A stretch of 64,000 bases of DNA from Nitrosopumilus sp. (GTDB lineage: Archaea; Thermoproteota; Nitrososphaeria; Nitrososphaerales; Nitrosopumilaceae), in NCBI GenBank assembly GCA_965205425.1, contig CBDBGZ010000004.1:1-64000 (forward strand), written 5' to 3'. Positions 9,558 to 21,101 of this stretch are shown in pieces. The notes below the pieces were generated by a model. That model ran no database searches. It worked only from the letters and a program-made list of their open reading frames with translations, and was not told the origin of the DNA. Made by a program: the position numbers and the translations under genes. Numbering within the stretch: the first letter of the stretch is position 1; every line of letters begins with the position of its first letter.

Positions 9558-12070
9558 ATGAATAACATAAAATATACGCTACCGTTTTTGATGCTAATTT
9601 TGTTTGTTCCAGTAGGAATGAGTGATACTTTTGCTCAAAGTGAGCCAGGTGAGGATTCTACAGATGAGATAAGGCCAGTTGGAACTGTAGAGGAATCTGC
9701 TGATATTAAATTACAAGAGATAGAAGAAAAACAACAGACTTTAAAAAACAAGCATCATGCAATAAATGAGGAATTCAACAGTACCAATTCAACCACAAAA
9801 ATAAAAGAATTAAAATCTGATTATATCCAGACTATCAAAGAACTAAACACTTTATCTTATGTTGAACCTGAAAGGGATTATGTTGCAGAATGGAGAATCA
9901 TTGATTCTCATATACTTGAACTTGAGGAAAAACAATTGAAGAGTTTTTCAGAACCGAGACAAATAGATATTGATGACCTTTACCATGAGGTAGATTTACT
10001 TGAACAAGAAAACATATTTTCTATGAAAGTAGAACCAGAACTCAAAAAGAAAGCATTTGATTTAGAAAGACAATACTATGATAAATACATCAATGATACA
10101 TCATCAAGTTATGTGGGTAAAAATTCTGTAAATACGATGTATTTTGATTTTGCTCAAAAACAGCTTGTTATAGTTAAGGCATTAAATATTTGAATATTTT
10201 AACAACTCTAACATCACCATTATCTAGTCTCTTCTGCATGTGTTTTCTCATCTCAGTTCCATTTGCAAAGAATGTGTTGGCATTGCCATTTTTTTCTTCT
10301 CTCCACTGTACCTCAATTGGATTGAGTTCTGGAGTGTATGCAGGAAAATATCTGATGATTACTTTATTTTTTGGTGCTTTGAGAAATTCTTTTACTCTGA
10401 GACTTTTGTGGTATGATGCATTATCTGCAAACAATAACAATTTCTTACCAAATTGTTTTTGCAGTGATTCTAAAAAATCAAGAAATGCGTCTGTGTTTGA
10501 TTTATCATAGAATCTGCAAAAAAACACACCATCATCCCCCAATGCGCCAAATGATTGAAACTTTTCTCGAGTATAGTTGATTTTGGTTTGTGTATTTTTT
10601 CCTTTTAGATACCAGCCTTTTTTGATATTTGGAGCTATCTTGTTTGTTGACTCATCCAGACATAGTGTGGTGTATCCCAATTTGGAATATTTTTTGATAC
10701 TCCTTTTTGCGTTTTTTTAAAACGGGTTTGTTCCTCTTTTGAGGCTGATTTGTGATGAGTCTGTCTTGGTTTTTTTGATGAGAATCCGATACGGTGTAGT
10801 AATTCACGCATTCCTCTTGCAGAGTATAGGATATTGTATTTTTTATTCACATGTGTAATTACCATTCTTGTACTCCACATGAATTGGTTAAATCCAAACT
10901 TTTCTGGACCTGAAATTAGATCATTCCTTAATGACACTAGCTGTTTTTTATCTAAGAAACATCTAGAGCCAGAATATTTCTTGCGGTGTGATGCAGATAT
11001 TCCTTCTCGGTTCATTTGGTTTAACCAATTACTAAGAGTTGATGGTATGATATCAAGACTGATGCATATTTGAGAATATGTCATGTCTTGTTTGCGTAGA
11101 ATTGCAGCCTTTAGTCTTATCTTTGCTTTTGCATTTTTTTCATTCTTGCATGTTTTTCTTAAAAAATTAATGCTTGTACCTTTCATGAATTGATTCCCAG
11201 AGGAAACCTTGGATTGTCTTGTACTCTTTGACATGGTTTCATGAATTGATTCTACGATCTAGATCTTTTGGGTTAAAATACTTGACAGTTTATTCAGAAT
11301 TTATATGCCTAAACTATATGCTGATTGAAGATACTGATGATCTAAGTCATGTCTTTAATAACACAGGTGTAGAAATAGCCCAAAACTTTTTGGAATCTAA
11401 AGACGATGTTTCTTTCAGAGTAGAGTTTAAAATACCAAAACAAATATCATGCAATGTTACCGATCATCAAGCTAACTGTTCTCCTCTGATTGGGGGTGTG
11501 GCATTGACTACTGATGATGCTACACATCTTGAGGGAACATTAGGATACAAGGCAACTGACAGTAATGGTAATGTAGGTTTTATTACAGCAGATCATATAG
11601 TAAACTCCGATGGTAATACTGTTATTCATCCTCTAGAAGGCTCAAGCATTGGTACTGTTATTGAATACAGTGGTGCTGCTCCTCTTATTGATGGTGATTA
11701 TGCATTTGTTCAGACTACTGCTTCAATCAATGATGACATCTATCGTACATCATCTACAACATATGATGTAACCGGATATAGTACTACCCCTATAGAAAAT
11801 CTTGAAGGAACGTTTCTGTATGCCGTAGGTGCAACTTCTGGTAGAGTTAGCGGTTCTGTTATTGGATATGGTGGTATAACAGGATATGTTAGTACTTCTA
11901 TTCCTGTATCTGGTGGTGATAGTGGTGGCCCCGTATTTAGTGCTAATACAGCTGCACGTAATACTTACCAAGCTACAGTCTTTGGACATTTAGTTCAAGA
12001 TCATAGTGGTGCATGGTACATACCAGTGACAAAAATCAATAATCTGTATGGAATTACCCCTGTAAGTTAA
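9558..12070 (+). pseudogene. Secreted S1 (trypsin/alpha-lytic-like) serine protease with long pro-region, split by IS630
   Basis: Signal peptide; GTLG, ITADH, DYAFV, GATSG, GDSGGP; removing 10171-11318 joins QKQLV|MLIED in frame (454 aa). Confidence 0.88.
10171..11316 (-). mobile_element. IS630-family element A, complete; OrfA 10635-11234 and OrfB 10174-10680 joined by a -1 frameshift
   Basis: IRs TAGTT(A/T)AGGCAT, TA duplication, TTTAAAAAAA slippery site, LDE/DNASYH/PELNPIE. Confidence 0.94.
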
Positions 12071-12091
12071 TAACTTACATTTTTTATTATT

Positions 12092-13772
12092 ATGATAAAA
12101 ATAATTTTATCTGTTTTTTTAATATGTTCGTTAACATTGATTAGTGGTAATATAGTCTCAGTATATGCAAATCAAGATGATATTCAAAATGGAGAATTGA
12201 TTGTTACAGAAGAATTTAAAAAAAGTGAAATACCAAAACCAATACTTACTTACAAGATTCCTTATTCTATATCTAATGGAACAATTGTGGATGCTTTGGC
12301 AAAACCCAATTGTTCTTTCCAGAAATTATTTCGTGTCACTTTCATGAGTAATTCCTCCATAGAATGCTTGGGTCTATGAGTATTTCGTTTGTTATCATCT
12401 TGGAGTGATACGCATCAGATGGTGTCTCCATGTTATCCAAGTCTAGTGCGCCATGAACTCTAATGTGATTGTACCAATGCATAAACTGCTCCACTGACTC
12501 AAAGTATTCTATTTTACACTCAAAGATATCCCAGAACTTTTCTAGCTTACCATTTGTTTGTGGATGTCTCACTCTTGTACGAGAGTGCTTTACGTGATGT
12601 CTCATTAGTTGCTGCTCAAAGTCTACTGGCTTGTTATGATCAAGAGTATTGACATTTGATGTGAACTGTTTTCCATTATCAGATAGTACAGATGCTGGTC
12701 TACCGTGATTCTTTATTGCATCAGATAGTACTTCAGAAGAATTCACAGATGTTGCCTCATCATACACTCCGAAACCCGTGATAAATCGTGAGGCATCATC
12801 TTCAAATGCAATTAGTTGTTTTCCTGCCCAGCGTGAATCATGTATTGTGTGCCAGTCAGTATGCCACAGTGAATTTGAATATTCACGTTCATACCTGATC
12901 CACTTTCTTCTCATCTTTTTCCGTGGTTGCTCAACTGATAATCCTTCATCTAGCATAATCTTGTGGATGCGATTGTGGTTTATCTTGGTATTGTACAATT
13001 TTGATATGATTTTCTCAAGGTATAGTGCGTTTGTATGAAATTTTTCTTGAACTTGTTTGACTAGCTCTATCTCGTGTACAGTGACTGGCTTTTTTGGACG
13101 CCCTGGTCTTTTGAGTGTGGGAATCTTTTTGGTTTTTTTGTACTGAGAGTAGACTTGTTGTACTCTTCTAGGCGTTATCTTGAGGATTACTGAAATATCT
13201 AAATTCTTGACTTTTTCATTTTTAGATTGTATAATCCACCTGATCTTATTCTCATCTAACTTTACCATAGGTATGCCACGATACCCACGCATACGATAGT
13301 ATGGGAATGATGCTCTCCTAGTTAAGGGGTGAAATAATTTCCGGAAAAGATATTGGCAAAACCCAATGATGGAATATATATAATCGTGAATGGAACAAAT
13401 GCTTTACTTGAAATTGATATTCCAAAGAACTACCCTGTTACAAATATTCCACTTGAGTCAGGAGGTGGATTTTATGTATTTGTTAATGATGATGAAATTA
13501 TATCTGATTGGAAACTTGGGAATTGCTTCTATCATTTTTCAATCCCTGTACCTATCAATGATTTAACTGAAGTAAAAATACTATTTTCATCACGCCCTTC
13601 GTTTGATCTTTATTATGCATTAGATGTTTCTAGTAAATGTTTGCCTTTGACTATTGAAAGTTATGAAATAAAGTATGAAATATGGACTAATCTACGAGGA
13701 GAATCTGTGCTCATTTTTTCTACCTCTGTTGAAAAACTACTAAAACGTGGATATATTTACAACTCATCCTAA
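12092..13772 (+). pseudogene. Secreted protein (resembles thaumarchaeal PEFG-CTERM-associated beta domain) split by IS481
   Basis: Signal peptide; removing the IS and one 15-bp repeat joins DALAKPN|DGIYII in frame. Confidence 0.8.
12311..13352 (-). mobile_element. IS481-family element A with intact transposase (12342-13292)
   Basis: rve motifs WHTDW, DDASR, SDNGKQF, HPQTNGKLEKF; IRs TGTTCTTTCCAGAAATTATTTC / TATCTTTTCCGGAAATTATTTC; 15-bp TSD TTGGCAAAACCCAAT. Confidence 0.93.
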
Positions 13773-13794
13773 AACAGATCATTTTGTAAACTAT

Positions 13795-14783
13795 TCATGA
13801 TAATACAGATCTAACAATAACATCTATCAAATCATTTGCTTTATTTGTATGGTTTAGTTTTCCGTTTGTTGGATGCTCTACCAAATTATATGTGAGATAG
13901 TCCTTGTCTGTGTCTACTGCGTTTAGAGGTATGGTGTACGGTCTCTTTGTGTTTGTGTTAACTATGATATTTTCAGGAGTTGGAATCTGGTTTCTTGTAG
14001 CTATGTTGTTGCAGTCAAGGGACAGTACGGTTCCTGCAATAAATGAGTTGTTTCCACATTTCTTACCGATATATCCCTCAGCAGTACTTGTGACATAAAG
14101 AGCATCAATTGTGTTCAAAGTGCTCACAGTTGCACTAGATGGCAAATTCAACCATGAATCGTTTTGTCTTATCTTCATGTCAGTAAACTTGCTCATTGGA
14201 ATTGAGGAATACTCATCGGTAGCCGAAATTGTTCCCTCTATTCCGTAATCGGCATAGTATGTATTTTCAGGATTCATGCTGATTTGTGCTGTTGGAAATT
14301 GACTGGAATAGTCAGGTGTTGTTACAAAGACCTGAATTGAGCTTTTTGGCTGCAATGCTGATCTCTTGATTTCGATATTAATGTCATCACCAGGGTCTAC
14401 TCTTCCGTTTGGTACTAGGTATTCTTGGTATTTTGGTTTCCCTTCTATCAAATTATTAAACGCATAATATGTGCTTAACTTTGTAACGCAGCCAACGTTT
14501 TCAACATGGCCTTTTGTAACGCCGCTTTCTATCCATTCACCTGTTGTTGTAATTAGCCAACCTGTTGAAACTGCAATGTTGACACATTGATTTCTATCAA
14601 CGTACAAATCCGGAGAATCCAATGTGTATCTGATGCCATCAACAGGTGAGGATCTGCTTGATTGAGATAATGCATAGCAGTGGGGGGATCATCGCATCCC
14701 AGTATTCCAAAGGCATCCTGACCAAGTGATGTCACACCCAATGCAAAAATAATTGCAGATAAAATTAGTAATCTGATCATCAT
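13795..14783 (-). pseudogene. Secreted protein frameshifted at a G6/C6 tract; possible neprosin-like domain plus truncated Ig/cadherin-like repeat
   Basis: Signal-peptide ORF 14553-14783 and ORF 13795-14622 join across 14682-14687; C-terminal LNAVDTDKDYLTY..PTNGKL. Confidence 0.65.
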
Positions 14784-15814
14784 TTCATTATGCTGTTAAA
14801 GACGGGAATCAGTTCATCCAGTGTGTGGTAATTTGAATGGACATTTACCATGGTATTTTCATCAGGGTGAAATGTAAGTACAACTTGATAATGATTGTAA
14901 AGATTTCCTCCTTCAAATGCCAACACTGTTTTCTCATCACGAGTCAGATCACGATAACCGCCATAGTTGCCAGGTTGAGATTCTTTAATCTCTTTAAGAT
15001 ACTCAATACCATCTTCTATGTCATTGAATGGTAAGGTACTGTGTTCTATATTGACTGTAAATCCTTGCGACACTTTCAAGTCATGACTGTTTATGCCAGG
15101 ATTCAAAACAAATGATGTTGGAACAAACTGGTAAATTGTTTCATGACTCTCATAGTCTCTTCCATTTACCTCAAAAGCGAGATAGTTAGTATCTGCGTAT
15201 AGTAATTTTTGACCCTCTGGAATGTGTGTTGGCATCCAGTCTTCTAGATATAATCCAACTTTGTGATTTAGAGAATATTTCTCGTGTGGAGTTGTTTGTA
15301 TCTCTGATGCTCCGGCAGGTCCTGGAACTATCAAACCTGTGGTACTGTTTATGATTTTATCATACATTGGCCATGGTGCAGGTGCTCGTTGTAGTATGGA
15401 TCGTTTTATCTCTCGTTTATCATCTGCAAACTCTGTATCAGATGTGACACTTAGTGTGATGGTTGTAGATTCTATTGGAGTATCGATAGTGTCTTTTTCT
15501 GATGGAATCATTTCTGGCATGAATTCTGTCTGTATGATGTTCCAGAGCTTTTTCTCTGCAGTTGATGGTGAGACACAGGCCATTTTACCATTATCCCTAA
15601 TTATCAATATTTTGTCTTCATTACACTGTATATCCTCAGGTAATACTCCTGATTCTAGCTGTTTTTTGGGTGAGAGATATTCGGCATGTGCAGGGATTGC
15701 AACACTTGTAATCAAGACAACTGCAAATATTATACCTGCAAGGATAATGCCTGACTTCATTAAATTTTTGGCATTATTGTACCTTAAAAACGTCATTACA
15801 GAATGGTTCTGCAA
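14780..15814 (-). CDS. Secreted protein with N-terminal SPxxQ..C..CV module (likely start 15760)
   Basis: Signal peptide MKSGII..AHA; SPKKQLESGV..IQC..ACVSPSTAEK. Confidence 0.8.
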   Translation of the reverse strand: MQNHSVMTFLRYNNAKNLMKSGIILAGIIFAVVLITSVAIPAHAEYLSPKKQLESGVLPEDIQCNEDKILIIRDNGKMACVSPSTAEKKLWNIIQTEFMPEMIPSEKDTIDTPIESTTITLSVTSDTEFADDKREIKRSILQRAPAPWPMYDKIINSTTGLIVPGPAGASEIQTTPHEKYSLNHKVGLYLEDWMPTHIPEGQKLLYADTNYLAFEVNGRDYESHETIYQFVPTSFVLNPGINSHDLKVSQGFTVNIEHSTLPFNDIEDGIEYLKEIKESQPGNYGGYRDLTRDEKTVLAFEGGNLYNHYQVVLTFHPDENTMVNVHSNYHTLDELIPVFNSIMK

Positions 15815-15821
15815 TGTATGG

Positions 15822-16202
15822 CTAGTTTCTGTCTTTTGTCCTTGACTTTATGATTATGGTACCAGCTCTGCAATCAACGTCTAGTTCGTCATTTTTTTGC
15901 AGGTGCAATTCCCTTACAATGTGTACTGGGATGGTAATCCTTGTGGAATGGTATCTTTGATTCTTGTACACTTTGGTTAACCTCTGTCTGATTTTGACTG
16001 GAGTGGAATCTTTTAATTCCTTTTTGTAGAGTCGTATCGTACCAGTTTTTTCTGATGCCGTAGCGTGCAATACCATGCCGTCTTGTACATGCATATCCTC
16101 TGCTGTTCTGTAGGGGATTACAACATTATACGAGTCATGTCTTTGTATGCCATAGCTTTCCTTTTTTGTTTTACAGAATACCTGGAGTTTTGGCATCATC
16201 AT
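15822..16202 (-). CDS. Tandem AbrB/SpoVT-like DNA-binding protein
   Basis: Two repeats: VVIP..AEDMHV.DG and RITIPVHIVRELHLQKNDELDV. Confidence 0.7.
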   Translation of the reverse strand: MMMPKLQVFCKTKKESYGIQRHDSYNVVIPYRTAEDMHVQDGMVLHATASEKTGTIRLYKKELKDSTPVKIRQRLTKVYKNQRYHSTRITIPVHIVRELHLQKNDELDVDCRAGTIIIKSRTKDRN

Positions 16203-16855
16203 ATCATGGGAAAAATTGAATTTAAAGGGCAGAAATCATCATCGTCCTTCTTTGGCTGTAACTTTTACCAAACATTTGGTACAAGTTATTTTTTTAGAGT
16301 CATTTGCCACTGGCATCAAATAACCATGACAATACAATGTAAAATCTGTTTGAGGGTATTGGATATTTCCCTAATCTAGCCAGTGACATTACCAATATAG
16401 TTCCATGTGATATATGTGGGTTTTAGATGGTGATTTGAAATGATGTAAAGATTGAGAGAATTATTCATTGTATATTGTTAATTTCTCTCTTCAGAAGAGG
16501 CGACTGTTACTATAGGTCTGGGCCACTCTCTTCACAAAGATGATTCATTATTTGGAATATCCCATAAATAACATTTAGGATCTACTGGGAATACAATCTT
16601 TGGCTATAATTTCCAGCTGTAATTTCCAGCTAACGCCACAACAACAAATGATTGCCCAATTGCAGGATACCCCTATGATTGGTTTTCACCAAATACATTA
16701 TGAGTCGTATTCATCAGAACATAGCCTGTATGTCTTGCATAAACACATCAAAGATTCATCTTTGAATGGGGGATGAGATACTTTATTTGAATTGTTTATT
16801 TTTCCCCAACCACAATTCACAGTATTGTACGTATCGTACAGTACTGTATAGAATC

Positions 16856-17825
16856 GGCCTTGTAGAAACCATCTGATTTTAACCCAATTGTGATACATTT
16901 TAGCTAATTTAGATCCATTAGGATTGTATTTGCAGATTACAGTATGGTCTCATCATACGTCAAAATGTGCAAAACACTACTCAATATAATCACCAGATGC
17001 AGAATTCTAGGTTCTTACATCCAAAATCAAATCATATCTATTCTGTTTGGACACATCTCATACTCTTGGCAATACGACAGTACGAATCAAAGAGTTATAG
17101 AAGATTTACAGAATTTTTAGAAGAATGTGTAGGAATTCAGGAATATCTTGGTTTGTCTACCATTCCACATTACACCACACTACAAAAGGCAGCTGCAAGA
17201 CTGGAAGGAAATCTGTTACATAAAATGTTGCAGGAATTCATTTTGTACAAAAAAGTCAGACTGGTTCTAGCTGGAATTGATGGTAGCGGATTCAGTTACA
17301 GTACAGCATCATACTATTATACAAAAAGAGTACAGTTACGCAGAAATTTCCTAAAAGTTGTTGTTTGTGCTGACATGAATACACAGCTTGTTTGCTGTGT
17401 CATGACACACCACAACATGCAACATGATAATCCTGATTTTCTGCCATTGTTGTACAAAACCAACAATATTGTTCCAGTTGATATTGTGTTAGGTGACATG
17501 GGTTTTGATGATGAGAATAACCATGTTGGTGCAGAACAGATCAACACAGCTGCAATGATTCCAACTCGATATAGAACAGTTCCAATTTACAGAACCAGCG
17601 GAATTCACAGAAAGGAGATGAAGAGGAACTTTCCTGTACAATTGTACCATCAGAGAAACAAATCTGAAACAATCTTTTTTGTGATCAAACAGATAATGTC
17701 AGGAGATGTCACATCAAGAAATGTTACAACTCAGGACAATGAGATGTTGTACAGGTTAATTGCATACAATGCTTACAGGATTAGAAAATTAGATTTTGTT
17801 ATTTTATTATGATTTCTACAAGGCC
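16856..17825 (+). mobile_element. IS5-family element A, full length; transposase probably starts at ATG 16944 with a 1-nt frameshift near 17005
   Basis: IRs GGCCTTGTAGAAA; IDGSG, GDMGFD, YHQRNKSETIF..IK. Confidence 0.9.
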
Positions 17826-17919
17826 GTTATTTTGTTATACTTTGTATTTGTTTTATCCTCTGAAAAGGCTTTAGTGACTACATATGTGACATCCAATATA
17901 CAGATAGAAATCCTATCAT

Positions 17920-18492
17920 TTAAAAATTAAGTGAATTCCTAACCTTAAATGGCATTTTACATTCTTTTAGAGGAATCTCTTTTCTAGACCCGTCTATTTT
18001 TGCATAAAATTTACCCTCATACGTACAAACACAGTCACAAATTTCTAATGATTCATCCCATATTTTGAAATATTCTCGTAACTCTCGATTTTCATACTTG
18101 CCAATATCGATTCTTTTTTTGGATAAAAACTTGAATGCCAATAACACATTTCTTTTTTTGTAAATATCAAATGTTTTAATCCATTCCAAACATCGTTCTA
18201 TTTGATCAGATGGGACTGGTAATGAGGTACTTGTTCCAGATTTTGCCTCAATTGTGAATATTGCACTGTTATCTGTATTTACAGCAAGAACATCCGGTAA
18301 CGCAATACTAGGTGAACCTAATCTAAATGCCTTCCAATTATCTGCACTGTTAAATCGTTTTACAATGGTATCTTCCCATTGATATCCGCGCTGTCTACGT
18401 GTCCTTACAGCTTTTTGATTATTGGTAATTAATTTTTTGTCTTTTTTTTGTTCTGTAACTGTAAATGAAGTAAATTTTCTTCTCATGGGCAT
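17920..18492 (-). CDS. Holliday junction resolvase-like (Hjc family) nuclease
   Basis: RGYQWE, LPDVLA, IEAKS. Confidence 0.75.
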   Translation of the reverse strand: MPMRRKFTSFTVTEQKKDKKLITNNQKAVRTRRQRGYQWEDTIVKRFNSADNWKAFRLGSPSIALPDVLAVNTDNSAIFTIEAKSGTSTSLPVPSDQIERCLEWIKTFDIYKKRNVLLAFKFLSKKRIDIGKYENRELREYFKIWDESLEICDCVCTYEGKFYAKIDGSRKEIPLKECKMPFKVRNSLNF

Positions 18493-18609
18493 ATTATTCG
18501 TCTATTACATATAGTAAAGTAGGGTATTATACAATAACTTAAAAAATATTATGTAAAAGTCATATTCAACTCAACCTTTTAAAATCGAAAAAAATACCAA
18601 AATCTAGAT

Positions 18610-18813
18610 TTGTCTGATTCTGAAATAATTATGGAGAAATTATTGGAGCAAAGAGATTTTTATCTAAATACATTGAAGCATTTAGATTTTGAATTGGTTA
18701 TGGAGCCTACTGAGAAAGAAATTAAAAATATAGAAAAATTACAATCAGTCACAATTGATCAAATTAAAAAGATTGAACAGGAAATTGCATTTTTGACATC
18801 TAAAAAATCATAA
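18610..18813 (+). CDS. Hypothetical coiled-coil protein
   Basis: 67-aa ORF in a gene-sized gap. Confidence 0.65.
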   Translation: MSDSEIIMEKLLEQRDFYLNTLKHLDFELVMEPTEKEIKNIEKLQSVTIDQIKKIEQEIAFLTSKKS

Positions 18814-18857
18814 TAAAATACAATGAGTTTATCAAACCCCATAATTGTACAGAAATT

Positions 18858-19685
18858 ATGCTTGATGAACTTGTAAAGAACTTAGTTCATGTAAAGCAAA
18901 GTTTTGCCAAAAGTTACTCTGGGAATGCACACATACAAGAGGTAATCCCATCAAAAGTCTCAGAAAAATTCCCTTTAGATGTACAACATTTGAAATGCAT
19001 GCATAATTTTGCACTAAAAAATCCAATTTATTTTAATTATTTTGAAGAAGAGATAGATGGTATTTTGTGTACTGTGTATGAAGGCGATATTAACGAATAT
19101 TGGCTAAATAGTATCAAACATGGTTCAAGCTGTCAACCATTTTATCCAACCTGGGTGATGTCTGCATTTTTGATGGCAAATATTGCAAAAAAATTAGGGT
19201 ATTTAGAATTAGTTGACATAGGTTCTGGTGATGGACGAATTGCATTTTGTGGAAATGTCGTTGGTATGAACTCTCACAGTATTGAAATTGATGATGTTTT
19301 AGTTGATTTACAAAAAATAATTAGTTCTGATACTGATCAAAATTTTAAACCATTATGTCATGATGCTTTGGAGTTTGATTATTCTACATTAAATCTAAAA
19401 AAACCAATATTTTTTATCGGCGGTTTAGCTCAAATGGGTGGAGATGTTTTAGCTACTAGTATTATTGATAGAATTAACTCTATTGAGAATTTAAGAAATG
19501 ATACAGGAATTGTATTTGCAGGAACTAATACTAAACGTCATCTATCTGGAAATTTAGAAAATGGAGGATGGAGTACCTTAATTGAAAAACATGAACTAAA
19601 AGTTATAGATACAGTTTCACTACCAACGATTTGGACTTTTGATCAAAATGTTGAAACACCTTACATCTTTACAGAATTCAAGTAA
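18858..19685 (+). CDS. SAM-dependent methyltransferase-fold protein
   Basis: FYPT, VDIGSGDGRI, SIEID. Confidence 0.75.
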   Translation: MLDELVKNLVHVKQSFAKSYSGNAHIQEVIPSKVSEKFPLDVQHLKCMHNFALKNPIYFNYFEEEIDGILCTVYEGDINEYWLNSIKHGSSCQPFYPTWVMSAFLMANIAKKLGYLELVDIGSGDGRIAFCGNVVGMNSHSIEIDDVLVDLQKIISSDTDQNFKPLCHDALEFDYSTLNLKKPIFFIGGLAQMGGDVLATSIIDRINSIENLRNDTGIVFAGTNTKRHLSGNLENGGWSTLIEKHELKVIDTVSLPTIWTFDQNVETPYIFTEFK

Positions 19686-19986
19686 CTTGAAAAAAACAAT
19701 CTCCATCAACTATTCCACAGTTTGAGATTTTTACTTTTCTTCCAATTTCTGGCATTTCTAAGATGTTGGCCATTATTCTGATAGTGTTTTCAAACTCAAC
19801 TATGCCGAAATATTGATCATTTTGTCTTGAAAATTCAATAATTTTACCCTCAAAATCCCCTTCTCTTAGATGCACATTTCCAAAACAATGATTGCATGTA
19901 TCAGATGGAGGCCATACAATCTTCTTGCATTCATTACATTCAGGAATACAAAATTTACCTTTAGTTAATTCAAATTCAAAATTCAT
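19678..19986 (-). CDS. DUF35 Zn-ribbon/OB-fold protein (thiolase partner)
   Basis: CNEC..WPP..CNHC; adjacent to thiolase. Confidence 0.85.
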   Translation of the reverse strand: MNFEFELTKGKFCIPECNECKKIVWPPSDTCNHCFGNVHLREGDFEGKIIEFSRQNDQYFGIVEFENTIRIMANILEMPEIGRKVKISNCGIVDGDCFFQVT

Positions 19987-21101
19987 TTTTCTAATACCAA
20001 TACTGTTGAAGATGTTGCAGCAGCTGACATGTTGTGAATTAATCCTATTTGTGGATTTTCGGTTTGTCTATTTCCTGCATTTGATTGAAGTTGTTGAGTG
20101 ATTTCAATAGTTTGTGCAATTCCTGTAGCACCTAAAGGATGTCCAGTTCCGATTAATCCTCCCCTGGGATTTATTTTGAAATTATCTGTCTCGTGTAATT
20201 CTTTAACCATGTTTGTTCCTTTCCCATTTTCTGACAATCCAAGAGATTCTAATGCCATGGGTTCACAAACAGAAAATGCGTCATGGATTTCTGCAACATC
20301 AATATTTTCAATAGTTTTATTTGCCATTTTTAAGGCAGTTTTACCTGCAAGTTTTGTAGATTCCATAGAACTAAGTGAAATATTTTTTGTGAATCCTGCA
20401 GAAATCGTTTTTTGTCCAATTCCTGTAATCCATACTGGATTTTTAGATAATTCTTTAACTTTGTCTTCTGAACCCAGAATTATAGATGCACTACCAATAC
20501 AAGGTCTTGAACAATCTAGTAATCTAAGATCCGCTGTTAATTTTTTGGAATTAACTACATCTTCAATAGAATATGTTTTATTTGACAATGAATTTGGATT
20601 CTCTTTTGCTTGTTTGTGATTTTTAACAGATACTACAGCTAACTGTTCATCAGAAATTGAATATTTTCGTTTGTATGATTTTGCAAATATGGATGCCCAA
20701 AATATTGGATGTTTATATTCTCCCCTAGAACTATCCCACTCTAAAATTTGACCTGGACTATCGTATCTTTCGGCACCTGAAATCAGTACCATATCTGCCA
20801 ACCCTGATGCGATGTAGGAATATGCTGAAACTATTGAATTTGTGCCTGAATTGCACAGACTTTCTATTGTATGAGAGACATTTGGTTGAATTCCTGACAT
20901 TTCCGATAAAACAGGGGAGAGATATTTTGAATTGTTATTTGTTGATACTAAAACTGCATCGATGTCTTTCCTATCAATTTCAGGGTTGGTCTTGAAAAGT
21001 TCTTTTGTAGAGTCTAGTAAAACGGTTTCAATTTTTTGATCATCTTTAGAAAACGGGGTAATTCCATATCCAATTATTCCTACCTTCTGCATATTATTCA
21101 C
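19983..21101 (-). CDS. Thiolase family protein
   Basis: ESLCNSG, EIHDAF, GHPLGATG. Confidence 0.9.
   Translation of the reverse strand: MNNMQKVGIIGYGITPFSKDDQKIETVLLDSTKELFKTNPEIDRKDIDAVLVSTNNNSKYLSPVLSEMSGIQPNVSHTIESLCNSGTNSIVSAYSYIASGLADMVLISGAERYDSPGQILEWDSSRGEYKHPIFWASIFAKSYKRKYSISDEQLAVVSVKNHKQAKENPNSLSNKTYSIEDVVNSKKLTADLRLLDCSRPCIGSASIILGSEDKVKELSKNPVWITGIGQKTISAGFTKNISLSSMESTKLAGKTALKMANKTIENIDVAEIHDAFSVCEPMALESLGLSENGKGTNMVKELHETDNFKINPRGGLIGTGHPLGATGIAQTIEITQQLQSNAGNRQTENPQIGLIHNMSAAATSSTVLVLEK

Noticed and set aside
10700..10725. Split IS630-A transposase as a pseudogene
   Set aside because: Fits the standard IS630 programmed -1 frameshift at TTTAAAAAAA
16380..16815. Possible gene between the AbrB-like gene and IS5
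   Set aside because: Multiple stops in the frames I read, a 12-13-bp tandem duplication and no recognisable motif
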